Source: Callorhinchus milii (taxonomy: Eukaryota). From it: a stretch of DNA of 64,000 bases. The DNA lies in NCBI RefSeq assembly GCF_018977255.1, contig NW_024704742.1, positions 6,078,001 through 6,142,000 on the forward strand, read 5' to 3'. The notes under the pieces are model-generated. The model did not search any database. It was not told where the DNA came from and worked only from the letters and a program-made list of their open reading frames with translations. Positions 1 through 13,160 of this stretch are shown piece by piece (positions within the stretch are counted from its first letter, which is position 1; each line of letters starts with the position of its first letter). The position numbers were made by a program, and so were the translations under genes.

Positions 1-2090
1 TACTGTACAGCATAAAATTGTGTACTGCTTAGATAACATTGTAAGGTATTCGATAAAGTAGAATGCAAATGTTGACATTTATAGGATAAGACTTCAAACC
101 ACAATATTTTTGTGTTTAAAAATCCATACCTCGTATAAGTAAAAACTTAATGCAAGTTTTCCAGTTGTTGTGAATGCTTGGTGGGATTATAACTAGACCA
201 TATTTTAGTCAGTTATAGGACTTATATCATGAAATGACTCATTTGCATTTACTGTATAGTAATTCCATACTCTTATCTAAAACTTGGGAGCAATAATTTA
301 GCTTGAACTTTAATATTCATACAGTCAATGAAGATCAATTATTTGAAATCATCTGACTTATGTCTTTAACAGTTTCTGTGAAGGTTGATCAGGAACCAAA
401 TTAAAAAACTTAGACCACCTTGGCATTACAGCACTTCCCTTCTCTGATGGTAATAGGCTCACCCAACTGGTTTGTTCTTCAACTTGAAGTCACATCTACT
501 TAGATCAAGCAGCAAATGACTCTGTGATCACCTGAAAACCTCAATAATGTACCAGTTGGCACAGCTGCCCACTATTTGGCTTATATCCAAGTGACACAAT
601 AAATTAAAAGAACTACCTCCTGGCATTGTCATATATCTTTGCTCTGATGAAGTGCTTCAGCTTTAGCCAAAAAAGTGCTTTGGAAGCACTTTCTTTGCAT
701 TGGTGGGTCAAGTAACCAAAGTCATGTTGTGCTGAGATATGAAAGACCCCAAGATATCAGGTCAGTAGAGATGGAAGATCAAGATAAGAAACAAAATGGA
801 TTATCGTCAGATAAGCTCCAGTGACTGTGAAAGATAACCCCATTTGTTTGCAAAATCAGACCCTTTTCTGTCGTTCTGTGGATAAAGTTTGGTTTGTGAA
901 CAGCATATTTGCTGAACTTTAATGTCAAATATCAAAAGTTTCATTGAAGTGCAATAACTCATCAACTGAATCAAGGTCAAACAACACAACAAAGGCAAAC
1001 ATCTTTCTCTAAAGATTGATCCAAGAACAACCTTGCTCATGATATCATAGGTGCTCTTGTTGACAGCTCTGTCAGAAGAATTTGCGAATTCTGTTTCTCG
1101 ACTGTCTCCGGCACCTGAAGATTTCCTGTCTGAATGGAAAGCAGGAAGCATTCAACAACAACAAATACAGCAACAAATTACATTTCAGGCCAATTCCCAG
1201 AGAGCATCAAAGTTTTGAGCCCAGCATCCCAACTGCCAATCATGTCACAGTTCAATTTATTGCAAAACACAATCACTGAAAAACAGTTGGAACATCTCAG
1301 TCTTGACCTGACCTCTGATTGTTAATTTGATGTCAATTCAACTTGTGATAACTTCCATTCATATAATTCCTTTCATCTCAAATAAACATCGCTAATCATT
1401 TTCAATCACACGGTCCAACATTTGAGCCACAGCCCTGTATCTATCACCCGATCAAATTTATGGTTCTCAGCGTATCCAAAGCCTTTACCAGGACATATTA
1501 TTGAACCTTATTAAGAGGTTCACTTGTGCATACCTGGTGAGCTAATGAACTGATCATGTAACCTTATTGTAGAATGCAAATGTAGTATAAGAAATTTAGC
1601 ATTTTTTCCCAGTCCGAAGGTAGGATTCTCTCAGGATAGCATGCTCTGTGATTCTCATCTTCATCAGCAACTTATTGGGCGTCCTCAGAGGCAATGCTCT
1701 TCTCTTTGTTGATGACAGCACACTCCACAGAAAGGGTCTATTTGCATTTAAAAAAGAAACAGTGATTAAATCATTGCAGGCAGATATGGAAAGACGTGGA
1801 TACAGTATTATGTGGATATGTCTGTATTCCAAGTGGATATGTCTGCAAAGCTCAAAGAACAAGTTAATAATTCTGTTGAACAACAATGTTACTCATCTGC
1901 CTAAAATCCGTAATGGTAAAAAGCCATAATTCTTTCCAATAAGGTGTAAAAAGTATGTGCCCACACAAGAGCCTCCAAGGGATCAACTCCAATAATGTGA
2001 TATCCTCACTGGTTCAGGGACGTAACAGGCTTCTTAATTACATTAATGCCATCACTGGTTCAAGGGCAGATATTGAGAGTTAAGGTTATT
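1..2090 (-). pseudogene. Endogenous viral element: decayed L (RdRp) gene of a Mononegavirales/Jingchuvirales-like virus, truncated by the window edge
   Basis: Manual minus-strand translation across stops and frameshifts gives L-like motifs in the right order. AHQV..EPLNKVQ*YV (~1540-1495) is GHP-like. VVLGSIFRER / RKMFA (~1030-990) is KERELK..GRMFA-like. SSISTDLISWGLSY (778-737) resembles motif A, ISQ..W (~590-570) motif B, and GDHRVIC (532-512) GDNQVIC. ETVKDISQM follows at ~376-350. KYGLVIIPPSIHNNWKTCIKFLLIRG (205-128) has the same spacing as the recalled VSV [25 protein letters not shown]. The region is AT-rich and free of repeats. Confidence 0.65.
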
Positions 2091-3129
2091 GGTGTTAGTG
2101 AAACAGAAATGCAGTTGAGACAACCACATGGACAGATAGACAGACAGATGAATTGAGGAATTAAATAATTAATAATGCTTGAATTTGCTATAGTGCCTTT
2201 TATTTTGGGAGGACATCTGAAAGCCCTTCCCAGGACTCACTGTGAAGCGTAGTGACTGTACTTTAGGCAAAAATATGCTGCAGAGGAAGCATTTCTGAAA
2301 GGAGTTTGACCTCCAAGATGAAATATTAAAATGTCTAATTTGTTGGTACGGTGAAGCTCAGGACTATAATGATGCAACCGATCAACATGACTGGGATGGA
2401 GCCATTAAAGTTGACAGCACAGTCACAGGCCATTCAACCTGCTGTATTTGTGGGACTCAAGAATTGTCCATTTAGTTCCATTCTGTTGGCCTATCCCATG
2501 GCAGAAAGGATGGTTGAGATCAGGGCACTGGACACATTTAAAAAAGCAGCTTGGTGTTGGGTGAGTATGAGATCAGATCAGATCAAATCAGCCGAATATT
2601 CTTCTGACCGCATCGACAACTCAGTAATTTGCGGGATTTTTAAAAAAATAAAAACAAATAAAGAATATGACTTTGTTATTTCTTTGCCTCGGTGCCGTGG
2701 AAAATAATTTCACTCATGTGTTGTCAGTGAAGTTCAAAGTTCCGCGGATGCCTCGAGGCAGAAACTTCTCAATTCATAGGTTGGCCTTCATTTTATTGAG
2801 AAAAGTAATACACATGCACACACACGCACCTACAGAGAAACCTGGAAAAGGAATTACATAGAAGGCAAGGCATGAAAGATGAAAGGCATTCTGTTCTTTA
2901 TCAATAAGTATGGGAGGAGTCAGTTGATAGCTTATATATTGCAATTAATGCACAAACATAATCATTGCCACTTGCCTATTAAAAGGTTTAATTCCATTTT
3001 GTTCCTTTAATTTCACAGAAAATGATACAGGCATCACATTCTGATAATTTATAGCAACCCGAGGGGGTGGAGGTAAATATTCCAATGTGCTTATTTTCAG
3101 TGGTGATGATAATTAACCCTTATGCTATG

Positions 3130-3365
3130 GAAATCCATCCCACCGTCCCTTCGCCTCGCTTCCTCCCTCGCCTCCTTCAAGGCCGGTCTAAAGACCCTTC
3201 TCTTCGACTGTGCCTTTGGTCTCCCTTCCACCTCTCTGCCTTCCCTCACCCTTACACCACCCCTCCCCCATGCTCAGGCCCTGACACCTGACTGTTCAGC
3301 GCTTTGGGATGTCCTCCTGACGTGAAAGGCGCTCTGTAAATGTAATTTGCTATTGTTATTGTTAT
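3130..3365 (+). mobile_element. L2 LINE 3' end fragment
   Basis: Translates as LWKSIPPSLRLASSLASFKAGLKTLLFDCAF (L2 ORF2 C-terminus), followed by the shared tail gcgctttgggatgtcc..gtgaaaggcgct..aaatgtaa and a (GTT)n-like end. Confidence 0.85.
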
Positions 3366-3699
3366 ATCATTCCTGGGCACCTTCTCTGGAGTCACACTGA
3401 GAAGCTGGCAGTGTGCCCATTTGACTTCTGGCTCATGGATCGGAGAATTGGGTTGCTGGTTAGCAAGCTACTGTTTAACTAAACAGAAAAGTCAGAGTTA
3501 AGTCAGAATCCCAGTGTTTCGGTTTCATGTAATATCTGACATCAGTGTGCAAGTAGTGCAATGATGTCATGTATGTTGGACCATTGTGATTGACCAGGAA
3601 ATGTGGCTTAATATCGGGGTTTTGCTTGGGTACTCTTTCTTGGTTTTGCTTCTATTACTCGCGGGGAAAAAACTGTCCCAATAATTCTACACGTTCAAA

Positions 3700-4260
3700 A
3701 CCCGTACGATGCATTTACATCACCTACATAATAATGTCCACTGGGAATCCTCCCCACGTTGAGCAGGATGCAACAGGTCACATATATCTCTGTAGCTTTC
3801 CCCAGAGCTACTTATGGTGTCATTAGTTTGATATAACAATATGTTTCTACTTTCTCAAATTTCCAAAGTTAGCAAACACAGGAATCACAGTCCATAACAT
3901 GTCCATAGCATGCCAGTGATAGGCGGAATAAGTTTAGAATCCACAAGCTTAGAATAAGCTTAGAGCTTCTGTTTAGCATCTTTAACCACTGCAGCTGTAC
4001 CTGATCAGGCGGCTGTATGTTATCCTGTTGCTCAAAAACGGAGTCAGACACAAACCTGAAAGACAGTTCACCCGACATCTGCAGTGGGAAAGTCTTTGAG
4101 AGCATTACGCAGGATGCTATTAATATCTGAAGAGCGCAGAGTCTATAAGGAGCAGTTAGCATGGATTTTAGAATCATAAGTCTTTCTTTACAACTCACAA
4201 ATCTATCTTGAATTCGTTGAGAGGATAACTAAACAGGTGAATGAGAACTATCTTGTGGGG
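3700..4260 (-). pseudogene. Possible decayed viral nucleoprotein (N) remnant belonging to the same EVE
   Basis: ORF 3869-4198 plus a neighbouring frame read LQMSGELSFRFV...QVQLQWLKML...AYSKLVDS...NLFRLSLACYGH..FANF. This loosely parallels the paramyxo/filovirus N central region (GL.SF..I; QSEL..LK.L; APY..L.DS; YP.L.S.AMG). Same strand as, and upstream of, the L relic. Confidence 0.35.
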
Positions 4261-4899
4261 ATAATGGCACCTACTACAACAACTTGCTTGTATATAGCGT
4301 ACTTCACGTTGGACAGTGTCTTAGAGTGCTTAAGTGTCCACAGTATGAATGGAGAATAGTTGGGCATATAGGAGAGTCCCAAGGAATCTTAATCTGACAG
4401 TCACAGATTTCAATTTGCCATACAAATCAAATGTTTCTTGTATCCAGAAAAAGGAAATCAGTACATTAATCAAGTGATAAAGAACGGGGAGAACTGAAAG
4501 AGAGGAATCAAACTGCTAACATGCAATAAGTGACTGTCTTTCAACGCTGGCACAGGAATGAAAGCACCACTGTAGATGCCGATTTACTTTTAGTATTTAA
4601 CCATTCGCCAGAATTAACCAGCGACCAGTAAACAGGCAAACATTTTGGTGCCGGTCATGATGTTACAGTTATTTCATTATTAAGGCCAAACAAAAACAGA
4701 AGATGTTATAAAAATTAACTTTAAAAGAGAATATTCTGAGCTCCGTGAACAACTCTGGAGAGAATTAAGTGGGATACAGAAATATGACAACTGATATTTA
4801 TATAGCTCCCTTCACACAGCGTGCTAGAAAATAAAATGTTAGCATACTGTAATAACGGAAATCTTTCAATGCTACATAAAGGAAGTTAAAAACTACAGC

Positions 4900-7110
4900 C
4901 CCCGACACAAGGCCAAGGCAAGTGGCTGAATAAGTAGTCATCCACGATCTATAAACTAATGTCTCTTGACAATAATTGGAGTTAGTGTTGGAAAAGTAGC
5001 TGTACATTACTTGTGGAAACATAACTTACTCATAAGAGTAAGGAGCAACTAAATTGTTTTATTGAAGGAACAGGTGGATTGGAGATCAGCAAAGCAGATG
5101 TTTCCAATGCATTTGTCACATTTGTCTTCACAAATGTGGACAAATGCAGATTACCTTGGGACCCTATAAAGAAACAGAAGTCAGTAAATCATATGTTAAG
5201 CATAAACTCAAAGCATTACATGTAGACAGAGCACCTTGACCAGATGGGATGTGTTCTGAAACTCTGAAGGAAATGAGTCATGGAATATGTTTAGGCAGTT
5301 CATACCAGATGAGGTCTGGAGTTTAGCTGATGTAATCCTCATAATCAGAAAGGGAGTCTTAGGTGTAAAATCATTTTGTCTTTCTTATTAAGATCATGCA
5401 GAATAGTGGAAAATTCTTAAACTCCGTCTTAATTTGAAGTTAGTTTGCTGTATTTAAGAATTTTCCACAATCTTGCACTTTAATTTCGCACCTATCATTC
5501 TGCAGGCTGAAACTAGACTAGGTTCAATTCTGGGTTTTATAATGCTGACGTTGGACGAATTGCTCGAGAATATTTTTCCAGGTGTATCAATATTCATCTC
5601 TGGAGTGAAGAGGGAACAAATAATAGACTATGCGGTTCAGACATGACGGGCTATGACTCAGAAATTTACCGTAGTTTTTGCGGGGTGAGGTAACAAGATT
5701 AGTGGGTGAGGACTATCCTGTGGATTCAAGCTTCTTGAATTCTCAGCAAACACCTGGTCAAATTCAGCTCGTCAGTTTCGTTAAAGCGGGAGAGGCATAG
5801 AATTAAGGGTGAATTAGTTAGCTGGGCGGACAGTTGCAATATAAAGCAGAAGGTGGCGACAAATGGGAAAAGCTGCGGGGGCAATGATCAGCAGAGATCT
5901 GTTCACTCTGTTCACAAATAATAATGAGAATGTGCTTTTAGTAATGTTATCAAAATTTCCTAATGGCACCAGGTTATGTGGTCGGATGATTGGAAGAGGC
6001 TGGCATTATTTTATAGAGATGTTGACTGTATAGGTGGCCGGGCTAAGAAGATGAGAGATCGAATTTAATGAGGACAAATATAAGGTAATGCATAAGGAAA
6101 AGGTGCAGGAAACATGAACCACAATGGATAAGTGTCCATTATCAAAGGAAGGCAGAAATAAACTTCAGGTGTTATTATTTACCATCCCTTCACTGAAAGC
6201 ATCCTGTCAATTTGAGAGTGTTATTAAAAGACAAATCAAATACTAGTGCGCATGTTGAAATCTAGAAAATAATCGACCCATCCAATGTGCCAAACTCAGT
6301 GCAGTGATGGTGGTGGCGGTGAGGGGGTAATTAATTATCTCTCCTCTCTTCCTCTCAACCCTTCAGAACAATGGCTGGCAACCTGCATTTCAACACTTTA
6401 ACTATTGTTTCGGATCGTCAAGACGGGTCTTTCAATGTAATTTACAGCACAATTTGACACACGTAGCGTTTTTTGAGTCAGGAGGATGTCTCAAAGACCC
6501 CCACCCCCATCTGGCTGGGAATCTGAGCTGGGTGGGGAGGTGGCTGAAGAACAGAACAGAAATGCAGTCAATGAGTTAAGCCTTGAGGTGGGCTTTAAAA
6601 GTGGGGAGGGAGAGGGCAATTCAGTGGGACGCCTAGAGGGTAGGGACAGACTGGCTGAAAGCTTGCCTGTTGGTGGTGGAATAGGGCAATTCAGTGGGAC
6701 TTCCAGAGAGCGGGGACATTAGGGCGGAAAGCTCGCCCGTTAAACAGAATGTGTTTAGGAGTAGTACAAACTCCCCCCTCCCTACCCTCGATAATTAAGG
6801 CAGACTCTTTTAACCATGTATTACTCATTAATCAGGCCATGTTTGATATACATTGTGTAGGTCGGGAAATCCTACGTTCAAAAGGAAATTGATACCTTAG
6901 AGAAGGTTCAGAGGAAAGTAATAAGGATATTTCTGGGATTTAAAACTCTAAATTATGAAGAAAGATTCACAGACTTATTTTTCCCTGCTGAGTTGTAGAG
7001 TTTTTCTCAGATGTGGTGTCGGAGGCACAAGAAGGCTTTTGACCTCAAAGATCTACCACAGATCAGATAGAAAGTCTGAATTAATACTGGAACCAACAGC
7101 ACTTTTTAGG
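4900..7110 (+). mobile_element. Highly decayed CR1 LINE ORF2 fragment, interrupted by younger insertions
   Basis: CR1-like remnants: atcaaaatttcctaatggcaccagg (KFADDTK-like, ~5950) and ttagagaaggttcagaggaaa (LEKVQRK, ~6897) followed by ..aattatgaagaaagatt (YEER). Confidence 0.65.
5360..5494. mobile_element. Palindromic MITE-like non-autonomous DNA transposon relic
   Basis: Ends taggtgtaaaat / atttcgcaccta are inverted and TA-terminated. Internal perfect 16-bp inverted repeat gtggaaaattcttaaa / tttaagaattttccac. Confidence 0.65.
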
Positions 7111-7249
7111 AGCAAAACATCACGGAAACCAACATGAGTAAACACAACAAATACAATGCAAACTTACATTGTTCTGAGGTGATTGACAGTCCTTACTTGG
7201 CACCTCAGTTGAGGGTGAGAGCCGAGGGTGGTGGGGAGGGCAAAGATTT

Positions 7250-7467
7250 CGAAGTGACCAATTCATTAATATTATTTTTTTGAAGGAATTATTACCCCCG
7301 GAAAAGCGATCCGCCAATCGACTTACAACCAGGTACCTACTTACTGCTAGGTAAACAGAGGCGTGTGGAGTAAGGAAACTTGCCCGACATTTCGCCCTGC
7401 CGGGAAGCGAACCCAGGTCTCTCGCTTGTGAGGCGAGTGCTCTAACCAGCGAGCTACAGGACTCCAC
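7250..7467 (-). mobile_element. tRNA-derived SINE, 5' half (subfamily B, CORE-like central part)
   Basis: Reverse strand reads ggagtcctgtagctcgctggttagagcactcg..gggttcgcttcccggc (A and B boxes), then tgggcaagtttccttactccacacgcctctgtttacctagcagtaagtagg. Confidence 0.9.
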
Positions 7468-10257
7468 AAATAAATGCACGATACATGCAGAAATAATTAT
7501 ACTAAATTATAAGTTACGTGGAGCATAAACACCGGCATAGACCAGTTGGGCCGAATTGCCTATTGCTGTACTGTATATTCCATGCAATTCTATGTGAAAT
7601 TCTCTGCAGCGAGGAAAGCACACATTCTGCATTCAAATTCTCCAACTCCCAGTAACCTCTCAGAGTAATTGGAAAGATTTCTGACCAAGCTGACAGATAC
7701 CCCTAATGCCATTGAGAATTTTTCAATAACCTCCTACTTGCTGTGCTTACGCACTACACGAGAGGGAGGCTAAAAACATGCTTAATTCACGGAATTTTGT
7801 ACGGCCGCTGAAACCCCGACTTCTTCAGGTCACATCAAACGCTCCGGGACGCTACCCCACGTGAAGGGCGCTATATAAACGCAAGTTGTTGTTGTTGTTA
7901 TCACGGGTACGGACTGAGACTTTATGCCGGTAACGCCTTGATGCTTTACTGCTAAACAAAAACCTCATGGAATGTGGGGCGGTGAAGGAATTCACCGCCA
8001 TGGATTATGAGGCATATAATGACCTTATAAGCGAGGATGATGTTTATGTTTCCTTCCCATGAACGGGTTGACAAGTGTGGCCAAGGGCTGAAGGGTTCTG
8101 TGATTGCCGCCGATTGATTTAAGGGGCTGATGTAACTACCCTGATGTAACTATGCATTGCAGACATGCTACAGCATGCGCTAAGGCTGTGCTGCCTTGAA
8201 GGGGCAGGGAAAACACATTGAACGACCAGCCCGACACTTGAGCTGATTCCCTGAACACCACCCTGGCAGTGAATCTGTATCATATCCAGCGCAGCAATTT
8301 TTTTTAAAAAGAAGAGTCATTTGACCTCAACAGGAGGACTTCAGTGGTAATCGCTGATTTGACCCCACAAGCTGCGGAGTGCCCAAGGGCAGCGAGCATG
8401 TGCTGTAAAAGGGGGATATGTTTATACTGCACGGCCATGTGGAGAAGCAGACGAGTGAGGACATTCGATTGACGTCACCAACGGTGACTCAGATTCCGCC
8501 AAGTACTGCCTGTGTGGAACGATGACTGACCCGCTGACTGGTTTGCCCAGTGCGCAAAACAGCTCCAGCGCTGAACACAAGACAGAGCAACGAGCACTTG
8601 TAACACGCTAACTCTTTGGGACGTCCTCCTGACGTGAAAAGCGCTATATCAAATAATCAAATGCAAGGATTATTATTATTATTATTATTATAACTCTGAC
8701 GGCCACAAAGAGAAGGCCTGCTGAAAAGCACGACAGTCCACAGTACCTGACACTTGATTCAGGAGGGATAATTTGTGGCATGTAATGATGTTAATTTATG
8801 CAAGGTACAGAATTTGTGATCCTTTCTTGTCCAGGATTTAACTACCAATTGGGGTTGCTCTGACTTCTCGAGTATCCTTTAATAATCCAGCGTTTTGTTT
8901 TTCAAAAGTGAGTTTTTTTCCCCAAATTCAGGCCACTGGACTAAAAATAATACTGATAATCCTTGCATTTGATATAGCGCCTCATCACGTTTTCTAGACG
9001 TCTCAAAGCGCTTCGCAGAATATAGTCTAAAGTGAATTGACTGTATGCTTTGTGGGCGAAACACGGCAGCCAATTGTACACGGCAAATAGATTTTTAACT
9101 ACAAGGTCATTGGAAGATAATCACAATTATTCCTTTCAATGCTCATCAACAGATGAATACAGTGAAAACATCCTATCCCACACCTTTATCTGACGTCTCA
9201 TAGATCGATTGATCACATTACAGGTTTGTTTAAAAGAAAAGAGGGGAGGAGGGAAAAGTAGACTTGGCGGCCTGGGGCTTTTGTGTTAACTTCAAACGCC
9301 TAAGAAAGTTATTCATCTGTCCATCAAAGAAAGCCTGTCTGCATACCATGTCTTCAGACAGAGCTTCCCTCTCCCCACATAATATTACGATCATGCTTCT
9401 TTATTTACAGGTTTAATGCACTGTTCATTTTTACAATTAATAGAAATTAAACAATCTTTATTCATCTCACATTAAAATTCCAATGAGGCCTGAAGTTCCT
9501 CACTCGTCAGTTTACATGAAGACCGACAGAAATAAAATGACCGCAATGCAATACAATACAATACAATTTACACTTATGAAGTGCCTTGATTTTAAACTTC
9601 AAGTTATTGGAAGTTTCAAACTTGTCCAAGAGATGGGGCATTTCTCCGACTTGCCCAATAATCCTTTAATGCCACAAAGCGAGGGATCAGCGTCTTGACG
9701 TGTAACATGGTGTATCCTTAAGCCCATTGTTTTAAGGTTTGAGATTGCCCAGGATTTTGAAGAATTCATAAATTGAGTCTTAATTTGGCAGCTCTTTTAA
9801 AAGAAAGTAGGAATTAAGACAGCGATGGAAATACAGTGCATGCAGATTAGTTGGTGCCCATCAAAGATAGGTCTGATGGTCTGTAACTGTCAGGTGGAAG
9901 CAAATTGCTCTGACCTTTGTGCTTACAATCTCCCTGCTCCATATTTTTTGCAGCCCACCCACATTCACTCACAACAAACAACACTTACCCTTGAGTGCAA
10001 CAGGGTCCTGCACTCCAATTAGTCAGCACAGCAGGACCAGAGCCTTCAGCTTCATGTGATGGAGTCATTTTCATTTGGTATCCATGGGGAAGCATGGCGA
10101 GATACGTGCTGCAAAATAGTTTCCTCTCTGATCTTGCAGCTGTTTTTACAATGCGATATGAAGTCTATTGCACGCCTATCATTAAAAAAAAGATCTTTTT
10201 GGAACTTGTTGACGACAAAAGGGCCACATTTGTAGTTTGCCTGAGTCCATTCTGTGT

Positions 10258-10670
10258 GTCAGCCTGGCTTGGTTGGTAGCACTTTACGCCTCTAAGTCAG
10301 AAGATTGTGGGTTCAAGCCCCTAGTCGGGACTTGAACTCACATGGTCCAGGCTGACACTCTGACAATGTAGGGCTGAGTGTTGCATTGATGGAGGTGCCA
10401 TCCTTTGGATGAGACATTCAACCGTTAAACATCTTGCCTGTCCAGATGGACATTAAAGATCCCATGGCATTGTTCAAAAGAAGACATTTCTCCCAATGTC
10501 TGGTTCACAATACCCTCCAGATCAAATGGGTCACTCACTTCATGTCTGTTTGTGGAAAATCGCTGTGAGTATATTGGCTGCCACATTTGTCTGCAAATAT
10601 ATTCACTACACTTTACAGTAAATCCCGTGAAACACGCTGAGACGGGAAAGGCACGACTATCATTCAGAAT
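10258..10670 (+). mobile_element. Deu-domain SINE (SacSINE1/AmnSINE1-related)
   Basis: tRNA-like head gtcagcctggcttggttggtagcact..gggttcaagccc, plus the Deu core ggaggtgccatcctttggatgagacatt..cattaaagatcccatggca. Confidence 0.8.
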
Positions 10671-11246
10671 AATAACAATCAGCAGTCCATGGGGGAGGGT
10701 AGTTATTTCGAACCACACACACATACGAACAACAATTCTAATATAAGAAATGTGATATGTTTGGGAATACCACAATTTTTATCCTCATAGTAATAAGCAC
10801 AGGATGGGGCCCTGTGTTAAATAAAATATTGAGCCCTAGTGCAGTATTTTGCAGGATATTTTTCAAAAGCAATTTTTGCATCATGATTTTAGAACGTTAA
10901 ACTGGATGTCATTTTACAGTTATTGCCAACTTGACAACAATAAGACAATCGTCATAACAAAATAAACTCTAGCAAGTGAAACAAATCTTATTTTTATTCA
11001 AGGCTTTTTCATGTAGGATTTGTACATCAATCCAGTGAGCATTGATTTTCCTTTTCTGAGATAAGGACATTGAAACTAGTTAGTGTCCAAATACTGCCCC
11101 AGTGATAGACCAGTTAACTCCACACAGGCCAAGATTTGAACCTATGACCTTGCAGTATGTATGTATGAAATTAAAATGGAATAATTATTCACTTGTTCAC
11201 AGAACCACAGTCACTACATTTTACAGTAAAATCCTCTGAAGCGCTT

Positions 11247-11572
11247 TAATAATAATAATAATAATAATCCTTGCATTTGATATAGCGCTTTTCACGTCGG
11301 GAGGACGTCCCAAAGCGCTTCACAGAACACACTGTAAAGTGAATTGACTGTATATTTATGGGCGAACGCGGCAGCCAATTGCGCACAGCAATGTCCCACA
11401 AACAGTCGTAGATTGAAAATGACCAATTTGTTATTGTTTTTGGTTTTGGAGGGATTATTATTAGGTGTGTGGAGTAAGGAAACTTGCCCAAGGTTTCGCC
11501 CTCTGCCCGGAATTGAACTCAGGTCTCTCACTTGCAAAGCGAGTGCTCTAACCACTGAGCTACAGGACTCCA
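11247..11572 (-). mobile_element. Full-length young tRNA-derived SINE (subfamily A) with L2-type tail and (ATT)n end
   Basis: Near-identical to the copies at 34640-34960 and 57966-58292. Intact A/B boxes and tail gtgaagcgctttgggacgtcc..cgtgaaaagcgctatatcaaatgcaagg(att)n. Confidence 0.95.
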
Positions 11573-12129
11573 CAGAACTTTGAAGATATTTTGATGACAT
11601 GTTAAAGGGCTACATTAAATGCTAGAATTTATTACTACTAATGCTTTTTTGCTCAATAGACCATCAGTGAAACAAGCAATATTGAGACCTATTTGGATCC
11701 TATAAGTATTCAGGAATTTAATATTTAAATTTTCAATTTATTTGTCAATGTAAATTTGATATGATTTATTATTTTTTCTCCTCCTTTATTTGAGATGTGT
11801 TGCTCTTCCCGGGGTAAGGGCAGGTGGGTGACTACTCTTAGATTTTCGCTGATTCCGTTCTGCTTTTGACTGCGAGGAAATACACAGGAGCTGCTTGGAG
11901 TGCCCTGCTCTTTGATTTCTCCCTCGATGCTGCGGGTGCGTGAATTCACCGTAAGAAGAATACCATACGTAGCTTCTACACACCCATTTCGTTTCAGTGT
12001 TCAACGAGCAAATTAAAAATAATTTTGTGCTGCAAATCTTACGACTGTATCTCACAATGGACCATTTTTCAAATCAGTGGTAATTCTGCCTAAATTTATT
12101 ATTTGACCAATTTCAGGGAGAACTATACC

Positions 12130-13160
12130 ATCAGGTCATTTAGCTGACCCACCTGATTTCGTACAAGATTCCATAACTGCATCTATCACAACGTCTTATA
12201 TCCCTACAGAATCCTTTATTTGATAGAAATGTGTCTGGTTCCCTTTTGAAACCCTTTGTAGTGTATTGATTCGCCAATGTCCTGATAGTTTGTTCTATGT
12301 GATCATCATCCTTGATATGAAAATATTTCTTCTGTATTTCCTATTCTCTTTGTTGTCCTTATTTGGAAACTAAAGCCTCTTTCATCTTGAATTTTGTACA
12401 CAGTAGAAAAATGTCTCTGAATCGATTTTCCCACACCCTTCATAATCTTAAATAACCGTACCATGTCTCGCACAGTCTTCTCTTTACGGAAGAGAAAAGT
12501 CCATCACTGGCTAATCTTGCTTCATAGCTCTGTCCCCAAGTTCTGGAACAAACATCCTACCTTACCTGCCTTCGCGCTTCCTCCAAGTTAATATCGTTTT
12601 TGAGAGGACATAGTTTTAGAGTTGTTTACAGTATATGCTGTGAAAGGCTTTGGGACGTCTCGAAGACGTGTTAAGGCGCGATATCAAATGCAAGGATTAT
12701 TATGTTATTATTAAAATGGTCTCACAAATTTTATGATTGTAGAAGCAACATGGAACACTCTACGTATCCAAACTAAACAGCACAGAAACAGGCCATTCAA
12801 CCCAACTAATCTGTGCTGGTGTTTATACTCCACAGGAGACTCTGCTGCTTCTAATCCACTCTCTTCCCTTCTCCCTCATATATGCATCACGTTTCCTCTT
12901 AAGTATGTTGATGCTATCTGTTTCAACCACAGCTTCTAGGAGTGAGTCCTGCATTCTCACCACCCACTGTGCAAAGAAATTCCTCCTAAACTGCTTCTCG
13001 GTATCTTGTATTATGCTTCTTCGTTTTGGACTCATGAACAAATGAAAACAGCCCAGAAACATACATTTTATCAAAATCTTTTGTAATACTAAACACCTCT
13101 ATCAGGTCACCTCTCAACCATCTCCTCTCCAGAGAGACAAGCTCTCACCTGTAAAATCTT
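12130..13160 (-). mobile_element. CR1 LINE 3' fragments
   Basis: Minus frame FRRNFFAQWVVRMQDSLLEAVVETDSINILKRKRDAYM (CR1 C-terminus); 3' UTR remnant ..gggttgaatggcctgtttctgtgctg. Confidence 0.8.

Noticed and set aside
11500..11572. tRNA genes (here and at other SINE heads)
   Set aside because: The tRNA-like sequence is the 5' head of multi-copy SINEs and lacks an acceptor stem and terminator.
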